In this document: piece by piece, positions 11,846 through 22,695 of the stretch
Numbering within the stretch: position 1 is the stretch's first letter
How the letters are laid out: the number at the start of each line of letters is the position of its first letter
NCBI GenBank assembly: GCA_039545335.1
Contig: BCIN01000001.1
Coordinates: forward strand, 1,162,604-1,226,603
DNA length: 64,000 nucleotides
Origin: Kondoa subrosea
Taxonomy: Eukaryota
Direction of reading: 5' to 3'
The notes under the pieces: generated by a model
Told to the model about the DNA's origin: nothing
The model's database searches: none
What the model saw: only the letters and a program-made list of their open reading frames with translations
Translations under genes and position numbers: made by a program

Positions 11846-12830
11846 ATGAAGCTTTCGATCACCCTTCTGGCCCTTCTGCCTGTAGTTTTGGCTTTGCCTA
11901 GCTGGAATAGCTTCGATTGGAACGCCCAGCAACAGCGTGGAGGACAAGTTGCTCCAGCTCCTGTACCAGTCTCTGCAAGCGTCCCGGCTCCAGTTAATCA
12001 ACAAGTCGATACTTCCAGCGGCGGAGGAGAATCTCTGACGATTAATATCACCAATAGTCAGTTCTCTTTCTGATGATCTTTTTCTTGCGCTGACTCGGAT
12101 TTAGGATGCTCTCACCCTATGAAGTCCATCATTATGCATGGCTCAACTGTCGATCGAATTGGTGACTTCATCCCCGCTGGCGGCAGCGCTCCTACATTCT
12201 CTGCTCCTAACAAACGAGACTTTGCTGGTTTGAGAGTCTGGGGTCATTCAGAACAATCCAAATGCGCCGAACCAGGTAAGAACATCCTCTCGCTTTCAGG
12301 AGCGTGATTTCTGATCTGATTTCTAGATGGCGGTGGTTGCGGACTAGTGGAATGCGCTTTCAATGCTGCTAACGAGCAATGCAAGTAAGTTCAAGTACAT
12401 TCTCCAATCCGAAGACAGCTTCTGATCGTTTCGAGCAGTCTATCAATTGTAAGTTGACTCTACAGAAGGTTCTATGAGCTTTCGCTCATTATATTTCAGA
12501 TTGGAGGTATTGAAGATCCCATCAGTCTTGAATGGCCGTGCGCAGCGCCAAATCACGAGCCCGTCATCAATATTTCTTGTTCTTCTCTTACTTGCAATAC
12601 TGTGAGGAATTCGTATTCTACAGTGTGATGCCGCTGACAATTTTACAGGCCTGGTATAAGTCAGCAAGTGGCGCAGAGGTCTGCCCGGCCAGGACTGCCA
12701 GAGCTGTCACTGCCTCAGGATCCGGTAAGCTTACATTACAACATCGCGTCCATTGGCTAATTTTCGCGAAGACTGCCTCTACGACTGCTCTACTCAAGGT
12801 CCTCAACACCTGAAGGTTTACTTCTGCTAG
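11846..12830 (+). CDS. Secreted cysteine-rich protein, divergent thaumatin-like fold
   Basis: Signal peptide MKLSITLLALLPVVLA; spliced mature region LTINITNRC..GLRVWG..KC..GCGLVEC..CNLSIIGG..HLKVYFC* with 12 Cys; includes a 10-nt exon at 12439-12448. Confidence 0.7.
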
Positions 12831-13036
12831 GGATTTCTTTACCATGTTATATTGCTCTATTTTGTACTTTTATTGCTTTCGGGTTGTCACAAAGATTGAA
12901 CACTGTACTTTGTATCGTCTTTGGTATCTCGAATACTTTCAATGCATGCTATGCTGAATACTGACAATTTTCAAAAGATCACATCACATATAAAAACTAC
13001 TACATCATCACACATTTAGGTTTCCTTTGTTAGGAC

Positions 13037-15820
13037 TCAAAGCTTTCGTAGCAATGACCTGTACCTCTGTTCATACACTTGATAATTGAAATGATAGGTA
13101 GTTCCAACTCGTTCAGCCAACAAACGAATCTCTTGCTCAAGTGGAGTGAGACCACTGCGTTTAAGAAGGTCGCTCAGAATGGGACCATTACTATCGAGTG
13201 ATCCTTCAAGTCGACTGCGCTTTCCACTTGGCGTGTCTGCGTCATCTTCCTCTATCTCGTTTCGCTTGCGCTTATTGAAAGATTCAGAGGCCATGGGAAG
13301 ATCGGGGAGAACGACACAATCTCTAGCCTTGGGTAGAGGAAGAGAGGGCGATTGGAAGGTGATGAGCGAATCGACTACAGCCTTCAATCGAGTCTGCAGA
13401 AGAACAAATAGCTTGCTGTCCGGTCGCAAATTGTTCTCCATCCAAGATGAAAGCATTACGAGCGTTGACGCGTCCGGTGTAGGAAGAGTAGAATCTTCTC
13501 GTAGAGCGAGCTTGACAGTTTGTGCTCTTGCAGCGATTTGTAGCATGACGTCGCTCATTTTGCTTCTCCAGCGAGGACAGGAGAGTTTTGGCAGGCCTGA
13601 CCTGATTGGCAAGTCCGAACTTGATCCATCAAGTGCATTCATCAACTCCCAGACCTCAATGCGCATATTGTTGAGCTGTTCTTCTGACACCGAGACTGGA
13701 GCTGCCATTTGCCGGAACAGCATCAAACACAAATAGACTACGGTGAGATCTGTCGCATCCGAGTGGAAACTTTGCAGGCGAGTAAGATCCATCTGCATGG
13801 TTTCTGGAACAAGAGCAAGAGGAACTGAATTACGCTGAGACCCGGAAGAAAGAATTGAAGGAGTGAAGACCAGGTTGAGGAGACCTTCTTTGGCAATATT
13901 CGCTACATCCAATTGGCCGCTTGAGTTCCCGAGACGATCCGCTGCTTCCGACAGCCATAATTTGGTCTTCTCCCAAGACGTAATGTTGGTATGAGCAGCA
14001 ATCTCCTTCTGGTTCTTTCTTTCAAATTCTAAAGCTGTTTCTACCAGGTAGGGTCTCAAAGTGCGCAATTGATGATTGGCAATGTCCTATCACAAATCTC
14101 AGCTGCTTGAAAAGAACGCATCAATACGCAAGACTTACCAGTTTCATGAATTCCAGGATTTCAAAGCATAGACGCAGGCCATGTGCAACATCTCTCCTGC
14201 CATGCTCATCGCCTTCAACCAACGTGACCATATCATCAACCAATTCATCCCTCATCGGAGCGCAATGCATCTTGAGTGTCCGAGCCATGAAACGTGCCAA
14301 GCTTGTAACGTCCAGAACACCATGAGCCACTTCCTGAGCAATCAATTCCGGATCCAGAGTAGCCATAATTTGTTCGTGCGAAGTGTTAGGCGATAAGAAA
14401 TCGTTTTCGCCTTCGGGTGTAGGCAAGAGTGAAACAAGGACAGCTCGTAGTTCTTCCACCAAATGAGGGATTCGACTGGGTAAACGAGAAGAAAGAGGTC
14501 GAGCGGCCAATCGAGAACTTTGCCTTGCTGCTGATCTTCCACCTCGGCTTAGCGTAGACACTGCATCTTGCGACAGACCGGGACTTTGACAGATGCAGGG
14601 CAGGACCGCTCCAGCTGCTGTGTATGCTGTACAACGGCAACCATCGTCCAATTCCCGTGCTACTGCTGTCCAATACCGAGACCCGGCTTCGAGCTTTCTT
14701 CGACCTCTACAACAGGAATTAGTAATGTTATAAAATGTAAAGGGTCTGAACTCACCGATCGCCATCGAAATTAGGGCGAAACATGAGATTCTGATTGAAG
14801 ACAATATCATGTCTCAGTTGAGGGTTCCTCAAAATCTGCGAAAGATCCAATTCATGCAAGGTCGCTCTTGTAATTGGTGGAGTAATAAGAGGAATGTAAA
14901 GATTGGTTATCGATACTGCTGCATTTGAAGAACGATGGCTTGTTCGAGCTGACATATAGCGAGCTGAGTGGGAAGCGGAAGAGAAGAAAGCTGGTCGAGG
15001 AAGATGGAGGTTATGTAGCGTGAGCAATTGATGATGAGATAGAGGGGGGAGAGGTTGCGGTGAAACAAGCTCAGATGTAGCACGCTGAGGAAACTCAACA
15101 GCTGATGCAGAGCTGCTACTTGGTGGAGTTGGTGAGCTGTTGGGAGGAACACTGCTTGCTCGATGGCGACGTGCTTCGATACGTAACTCCTGCTTATGCT
15201 TGGTTGCAGAAAGCTTTGTCTGAAGGTAAGATGATGTATCTATCACAGCAAGATTAGTCCGGTCAATAGTATCGATCAGTGAGATGCTTACTGTCATTGA
15301 TCAAAACATGCGCATTTAAGCTGCCGACCGATACATCCATACATTGAGAAGGCCGTATCGGAGTAGACGGTAGAGATTGACACTGGCTATCTTGAGACAG
15401 AGCGATGGAAAGAGGTGAAGCTGCAGAAGAAGCTTGAGCCAGATCAATTACGTCTGTCTTGCTCTCAGAAGCTTGACTCGAGACGACATGAGGAATGTCG
15501 ACCAAAGATTGCTCGAGCGAAGAAGAGATGATCGTAGTTGTTCTTGGCCTTCGGGTTAGTTCGCCTTTGCTAGAAGCAGGTGATGTTGCTCGTGATCGAT
15601 CTTGTCCAGATGAAGAAGGGTTCGCCGAAGCATTGTAGTCGGTGCTACCAGAAGCCAAAAGATTCGAAGTTGACGAACAGCGAGATTCAGCTTCTTCAGC
15701 AGCTTGTTGCAGAGCTGCATCTTGAGCATAGACCAAAGTCATATGATCTGATCGATCTGGTTCAGTTGACACTGTTGTAGGCTTGCTAGAAGAATCGACA
15801 AAGGGTTTGCCAGCTTCCAT
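13037..15820 (-). CDS. SOK1: TCP11/Sok1 family protein
   Basis: PPITRATLHELDLSQILRNPQLRHDIVF..FRPNFDG, YWTAV, LKMHCAPMRDE, FEILEFMKL-DIANHQLRTLRPYLVETALEFE, VPETMQMD..RL; 3 coding introns. Start is uncertain (probable 5'UTR intron upstream). Confidence 0.9.
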
Positions 15821-16924
15821 GATGGCTTCTTTCTCGTGTAGGGTCGAATGCGATGACCCGTCTAGGCGACAGTAAACGAACGTAAGTTGCTTGCTTGAAG
15901 ATGACCGTCGTAAGAGCAAAGGCTGGACTTGCTATGCGCTATTGAGGCGTAGTGCGAATCTTCGGAAACGCGCGTAAAAGTTAACTTGGGCAATGCTAAC
16001 TAGCGGAACGAGGTAGAGAATTGCAGGACAAGTCTGATCACATGAGTAACAGCGCCTAATAAGTAAAGCGGTCGGTATGTAAGCGGAGAATAGCACTGAC
16101 CTGAACCACGCGACAGTTTTTTCCTACTCAATCGTCTCCTTATATCTCGACCGCCCCGTTCAATGACCGTTTACTATGCTGGTTGTACGAGTTAAAGACC
16201 GAGAGCGAGGATGAGGCCTTGCGAAGCGTCGTTGTTGGTTCACCGCCTGCGGTTCGAGCTTTGATTCTTGTCGAGCTTGTTACTTCGGATCAAGACAAAC
16301 AGTGGGACTGAGAGATGTAAAGAGTGTGGAATGGGTGAATAGAGGGAACTTTGAAAGAGCCCTGTTGACAGAAAAGACCCCTTGCCCTAGACGTCTAAAA
16401 GACCCACAGCTGATGTTCTTTAGGAATGTTCTGATAGAGCGAGACTTCTACGTGTAATTGTCTAATGTAATGGGTCCAAGACAAGAGAGACGCCCCTATG
16501 CATGCACGAGATCAAGAGGAGCTTCGAGCGTTTGATGACTTTTGCGCACAATGCCACGCTTCAGTGCCCGTCGAAGGTTCGAGCTGGGCTGTCTCAAGAC
16601 GATGCGAGAAGAGAAAAGGAGTGTGGGATGGGTTGAAAAGGAGAGTAAGTTTCAAAGTAGGACAGACACAAAAGGAAGAGAGTCGCCAGGACCAGCGACT
16701 TTCGATATGAAACTGAGTCTGTTTTTCACTGCAAGGCACAACCAACTCCTGTCTGAGCTGGTCCGGTCCTTGACTGCTGTTGTTGCCATTGGCGATTGCA
16801 ACGCGTTGTACCATCCTGATGGTAGTTGAGACAAATGCATGAATCTTCAGATCTGGAGAAAGGAATCTAAAGCGGATGCAAAGATATCTACTCTATATAC
16901 TCTAAAGCTGTCCGTCTACTTTCA

Positions 16925-19064
16925 CTACAGCAGCTGTTGAACTTCGCCGACCAGCTTCTTCCCGTTCTCATCTTTCAGTAATGCACCTTTGGTCTTGACT
17001 CTCTCCTTTCCCTCCAGCGCTTCAACCAAAGGTTTGACTTCCGAATGGGATGAAAAGTATAACAACAATCCCAGAGTCGCAATCAATCGGTGAACTAGGT
17101 CAAAAGTTCAGAGTCAGGTTCATGTCTCTCTTAAATAACGGAAGACAACTTACCAACATCATTGTTCTCCTCTTGAGCTAAAGACTCCAGTACAGCTGAA
17201 ACAGCTTCAATTTCCCATGCTTCATCTTTCTCATCTTCTTCTTTAGGAGGTGTAACCCATTCTGTTCTTCTTCCGAATTCCAGTTGAGACATTCTGAACA
17301 TCAAACTTGCGGCAGGGGTGCGAACGGAAGCTTCTTGATGTAATAATCCATCAATTGCTAGCCTTGTTAGACCAGTTCGATGTTCCCACATGACCAAAGG
17401 CAATGCATTAGTGAAGAGCTTGAGTGACGTAATGAGAGTAGCTTTCGGTATAGAAGCTGCTGCTTCAATCGGTGCAGATACTTTGTGCAGACATGTGATG
17501 ATCGAGGGAAGTAGACCTTGAGCAAGTTGAGGTGTTAAAATAGCTAGACGGAGAAGATCGACAACAGGGAACCATTCGCTTTGAGGAGTGTTACTAAAGT
17601 AGTACTCGTTGGCAGCGTTCCATCTCTGTACTGTATCAGACGAGATTGCGGGGAGAGGTGAATCTTTGTTTAGGATAGGAACGATAGTTTGGGCGAAGAA
17701 TTGCTTCGTTGAGGTCGATTGTGATGTTGACTTCACATCAAGAGCAGAAGAGATCTTGCCTAAAGCTGCTGCGAGATTGGGTTTACCAGCGAATTCTGCT
17801 GAAGCCTTTGATAATGATCTAAGGGTTGGCAAACGAAGTTGGGCATGAGGATGAGCTGTACCACAGCATCAGATTGATTTGAACAGATCCGTCATCAAAT
17901 GGATAATTGGACTAACGAGGGTAGGCAGTATGTAACAGTAGCTCTATTTGGGTCTTGAGTTCTCGCTGATCGGCACCTTTGAGTTCATGTATCTGCTGAC
18001 CCTTGTGGAAGAAGAGGAAAGTAGGAGTAGCAGTGATGCTGAATCTTGACGCGATAGAGTAAGATGTTGGTTGAGTAGTATCGACCAATGCGAAACCTAT
18101 GCTCTTTGCTGATTCTTTGGCTGCAGCCGAGCTCGTCGACTGATTAGGATTATGTGAGAATTGCGTTGCGTAGTCTTCGAATACTGGCTTGATGGCACGA
18201 CAAGGCGGGCAATTGTCTCGAGTGAACATGACTACTAGACAGTTCTTGGAAGATAGGAGAGAGTTGAAGGAGGTGATGTTTGTGCAAATAGTAAGACCAG
18301 AAGTAAGAGATCCAGCTGCTGTGTTGATGCCATTCGATTGTTGTGCTGTCGCATGATTCTGTAAAAGAGATGCTGCTTCACTTGCAGATGGAGCAGCAGC
18401 CGCGTTTGTGCCTCTAAACATTTGTTCTACGAGTTGACCTGATCAGATCGAGGTGCTATGCACAACAACATAGAACGCTTACCAATCATAGGTCGCATAC
18501 TTTGACCAAAGGGAGTAGATAGGAACTCGTTTGGTAGATCAATAATATCCTGAGGTATACTTCGACCACATAGAAAGCCAACAACATCATTTGTGAAGGT
18601 ATTCTATCGCAAATCTATGAGCGCGACTCAGTCAAAGTAGCAATGAGCTTACGCAATTGAATTCTATCAGCAATAGGTGTTACGTGAGCGAGATATATCG
18701 CAAACAGTCAACCCTTAGCTGACCTAGCAAATGATCTAATCACACAAATCAATACAATCTTCGTATTACTAATCATCAACTCACATTTTTCTGCCTTGTA
18801 CAAATCCCTTAAACCAGTCAAGTACTCTTGAAAAGTAGCTTCATCTATATGCGTAATGCCCATATCCAATCGTTTGAGAGGTTGTCCATGGTGTGAAGTC
18901 CCAGGCCTGACGACACTGATTCCTTGACCGAAGAAGATTTCTTTGCCAAAACAGACTACAGAAGTGTGCCAGATCCCTTCAATATATTTTCCTGTTAGTT
19001 GTCGAGACATTGATCGAGCCATTCCATTCGATAAGTCATACACATAGAGTTCGACTTTCGACAT
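16925..19064 (-). CDS. PPPDE (DeSI) peptidase - thioredoxin - PUL domain fusion protein
   Basis: [33 protein letters not shown] (His/Cys dyad), thioredoxin [22 protein letters not shown] linker, PUL-like [20 protein letters not shown]. Confidence 0.88.
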
Positions 19065-19334
19065 TATGTAGCGAGAGCAGAGAGCAAGCAGGGGAAACAG
19101 AAACGACAAAGGTGTACAGCAGAGCGGTTTTGGTATAAGCTGCGTGGTATACTTTCAGTAGGGGTAGTCAGACGAATGTCGTCGCAAGTGGCAGAAAACG
19201 GTGACGAGTACACTCGTTACTCGTTACAATTTCGGAACATGTCAGGTCGCAAGTTGTCGCAGGCCTCCGTTGCAGGCACGAAAGCAGTAGTTATGGTAGA
19301 TACGATGATGGCATTGGAAGTAATGAAACCAGAT

Positions 19335-20312
19335 CTACTCGTCGTCATCTTGTTCGGAACCTTCCCTCTCAGCTTCCTGTTGATTGCCGCGACATTAGCA
19401 CAAGAGCAGTGCAGGATAAATCGGAAACAAACCAGAAGCGAACTGGCAATTCGGTCCAGATCTCGCTGTCCGTCTTGAGAGATTCTTCGTCCACCTCGAG
19501 CATCCATTTCCAAAACACCAATCTTCTCTAATGATTGCATGACTTTTCGCTCAACAGATCCTATGCGTAGAAGAAATCTGGTCAATCACCGGAATGACTA
19601 TACCAGATTATGGTGCACACCTGAAGCGGTGGTGTGGTGATGAGGTCTGTTTCCTCTGTTTTTGGCACCACCGTGCACTTTTTGAAGTTTGCCTACACCG
19701 ACGTGCTTGCGAAGGTAAATGTGACGGGCGACAGCGGCTGTCAACAGTTGCAGCTAAAAATCAGCATCGTCCTAATTTCCGCTTTGCCCGACTGACCTGC
19801 TCTTGTGTAGAACCAATCCTGTACTCGCCATAAGCAAAGATTCAGTGATATCAACGGAGACGTACAGGATCATAAGGAGCCAGTTCCTTGTGGGTTCCGG
19901 TCTTGACAAGATCGACCCAAGTTGGGATTTCGAGCTTGCCTGTTTCGAGACAAATATATGAGCTTCATGTTTTTATAATTGTGATATCCCATGTAGACGA
20001 GAAGTGGGTATATCCTGCGGTATCATGGCACGCCTTTGAATGACTTTTACTCCGACTTTTGCTGCCATGTTCAATCGAAATTGTCCTGCCTATCGCTCTA
20101 TCCTTTCTTTCCCCAATTCCGTGCAGCAGGGGTATATGGGTATATTCACGACGATCTTGAGGTCTTAGAGGTAAGGACCTTACCTGATCTCTTCAAATGT
20201 GCGCTGTAGGCATCAATAAATTGATTTGCCGCGACGTCTCGTACACCACTGTGATTGTTAGAATCAGCATGTCTGCCATGACACTACGTGTAGCTGCTAG
20301 AGCTTACGGCAT
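19335..20312 (-). CDS. RPS19: 40S ribosomal protein S19 (eS19)
   Basis: Spliced [66 protein letters not shown]...[35 protein letters not shown]; 6 introns. Confidence 0.97.
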
Positions 20313-20435
20313 GACTGTTACTTGACTATTGTTCGCAAGAGATTTTCACGCAAGTCCTCAGACACAAAACTCGGGTCAACCGGGTCCACCAATCTTCGAT
20401 CTTCAGCATTTTAGAGCACTCTTATACGCTCTATA

Positions 20436-20444
20436 TAGCCCTAA
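20436..20444 (-). promoter_or_regulatory. TTAGGGCTA telo-box-like (Tbf1-type) element in the RPS19/POP5 divergent promoter
   Basis: Plus strand TAGCCCTAA, 124 nt upstream of the RPS19 ATG. Matches the element known from fungal ribosomal-protein promoters; single copy only. Confidence 0.45.
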
Positions 20445-20445
20445 G

Positions 20446-21079
20446 ATGGTTCGGATCAAGCATCGTTACCTTTTGGCTGAGTTCTTGTTCGAATCTTCAC
20501 TTCCCTCTCATGTCTCTTCTTCCTCTTCCAAACCTGCTCCTACTGTCAATGAGGGTACAGTGATCAATATCATTCGGGAATCTTTATCCTCCAATTTCGG
20601 TGATGTAGGTTGGTCTCAAGTAGGTAGTGCTCTCAACAGTCCGTCTCATCTTCTTCTTCTTCCCCTATACATTCTTTGTTGATTTGGAGTTGTAGTCAAA
20701 TACTTGTCACCTACTACAAGAATATGTATTATACGTACTTCAAGATCGACTGAGAATTTGGTTCGCGGTGCTTTAACTTTCGTCAGATCGATCAAAGGAG
20801 TAGAATGTTGTGTGAGGATCCTACATATCGGAGGTGCGTTCTCTTCTTGTCTATCGTATACTGATGAAACCTTGCTCACGGAAGAGAGAAGGAACGATAC
20901 GCAAAACTCAGCAATCTGCTGTAGTGCATGATCGGAAAGTCATCCTGGCCGCTAAGTCGGACGCGAGAGGTCAGGCTCTTTCGTCTCATTCAGTCGATCC
21001 CGCGTCTAACAACTATCATCCAGTGACAGAACAACAGCTGGAAGCATCAAGATCTGCTATCATGGCTCTCAATCCTTAG
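20446..21079 (+). CDS. POP5: RNase P/MRP subunit Pop5 (Rpp14/Pop5 family)
   Basis: MVRIKHRYLL..IRESLSSNFGDVG..KYLSPTTRICIIR..ILHIGGTIRKTQ; 2 introns. Confidence 0.92.
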
Positions 21080-21303
21080 TGACATCCGTTGTCTTCTCAA
21101 TTATCCATCACATGAGAAACAAGACACATGAGAGACAAGCCCCAAGAGGCTCGTTTCGCAAGAGCGAAAGCAAAAGTATTGTAATAAGAAAGATTTCAAG
21201 TGGTGTAAAATAGATTCTTGTGTACAACATGAAGTGAAGCAAAGGGATATCATGCATTGTAAAAATTGGTCATCGCTCTACGATAAGTCTAACATCTATT
21301 TCC

Positions 21304-22131
21304 TCAAATCCAACCTCCTGGTCTTGGCTGCACAATCATGTTTATCAGCTTGTAAATTCGTAAAATGGAGTCAGAAAGAGAACGCACGCTTCTTGCGCTA
21401 GTAGGCGTTGCAGCTAACATCTCTCTAGGAGGAGTATTGGTATACCCAGTAGATTGACTATAGATAGAAGGAGAAATAGGTCTTGCAACAGCAACATTGG
21501 GAGAAAGTAACATTGATGGTTGATTTCGCTGTCTGGGGATAGGCGAAGGAGCGTTATCGAAAGCAACACTTTGATTAGGTGTTGGATAACCAGCATTCGG
21601 AGTTGTTAATGGAACATCTTCCATTTGAGGCTGTGCGTTTGCAATAGTCGGTTGTCTTTGTTGGGTTGCGTAACGTTGTTGAGCTCTAGCGTTATGATCT
21701 TGATAATTAATTGTAGCTTGATGAGTTTGTTGCATTCTTCTATTCATTTCAGTAGGCCAATTCGTTTGCGTTTGAATCATTGTTCTTCTCTTCTTCATTG
21801 CTTCTGCATCTTTGCTTGGAGGTAGGACTTTGTATACTCCAGGTAAACAACCACAAGACCTCCTAACTTTCTCACCACGAGGAGAATCATGATGGGAAAT
21901 CGCTTGCAAAATTGCATAGATGAAAGATAAGACGAGAACGAAAAGAATGCCTCCGACAATACAAGCGCCAATGACTAATTTCTCACCTTTGATCAGCATG
22001 AACTTCATGACAAAAGGCAAGAGCTCACTCTTCGTCTGCTTTGACATAGGGCTATTAGCATCTTGAGCTAGAGGGATGCTACCAGTAACAGAAGGAGAAG
22101 GAGCGGCAATAGTACTGCTGTTGAGAGTCAT
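21304..22131 (-). CDS. Hypothetical single-pass membrane protein with Q/P-rich tail
   Basis: 275-aa ORF with one strong hydrophobic helix (LVIGACIVGGILFVLVLSFIYAIL); probable in-frame intron near the 3' end. Confidence 0.7.
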   Translation of the reverse strand: MTLNSSTIAAPSPSVTGSIPLAQDANSPMSKQTKSELLPFVMKFMLIKGEKLVIGACIVGGILFVLVLSFIYAILQAISHHDSPRGEKVRRSCGCLPGVYKVLPPSKDAEAMKKRRTMIQTQTNWPTEMNRRMQQTHQATINYQDHNARAQQRYATQQRQPTIANAQPQMEDVPLTTPNAGYPTPNQSVAFDNAPSPIPRQRNQPSMLLSPNVAVARPISPSIYSQSTGYTNTPPREMLAATPTSARSVRSLSDSILRIYKLINMIVQPRPGGWI

Positions 22132-22695
22132 CCGCCAGCGGGAATATTATACCAGAGAAAGAGATAATAGATAGAGAGGAAGCAAGAAGTAAATGAAAAG
22201 AATGACCAGAACGGGGCTATGATTCGAGGCAATGCTAGCTAAAGAGGTCTATAAGAGGAAATGAAGACTTCTGCGACTCTTCATCGCTCGTATGACAGCT
22301 TTCCAAGAGAAGCTTTATCTGTAGAATGCTCGAAATGGCCTTCTTTGTCAATCGCATTCATGCTTCGCACGGAATTGATGCAGAGACAGCAGAATGAGAG
22401 GATGAAGAAGCGAATACTCGCAGAGACACAGACAATCAACAGGGGAAAGCTTAATTACGAATCGAGTCTAGGCGATTTTACTGAATCCGCGCGTGAAGAC
22501 AGGCGGAGCACTAAGCTTACACAGCAGCCCAGAGCGCAGCATGTACTTGTATATATTCGCACTTCACATCATCGTGTCGGGAGGAGAAATCTTTGATGAA
22601 GGTCTGTTCGAGTTGACCACTTTGTACTAATAGTTCTCTTGCTTGTGACCTTGATACCCTTCAATCGGATTCCCTGACACAAAGACACAGAGATT

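Noticed and set aside
13146..13736. 196-aa antisense ORF over SOK1, and many similar ORFs in the track
   Set aside because: Shadow ORFs on the opposite strand of real coding exons, with no motifs.
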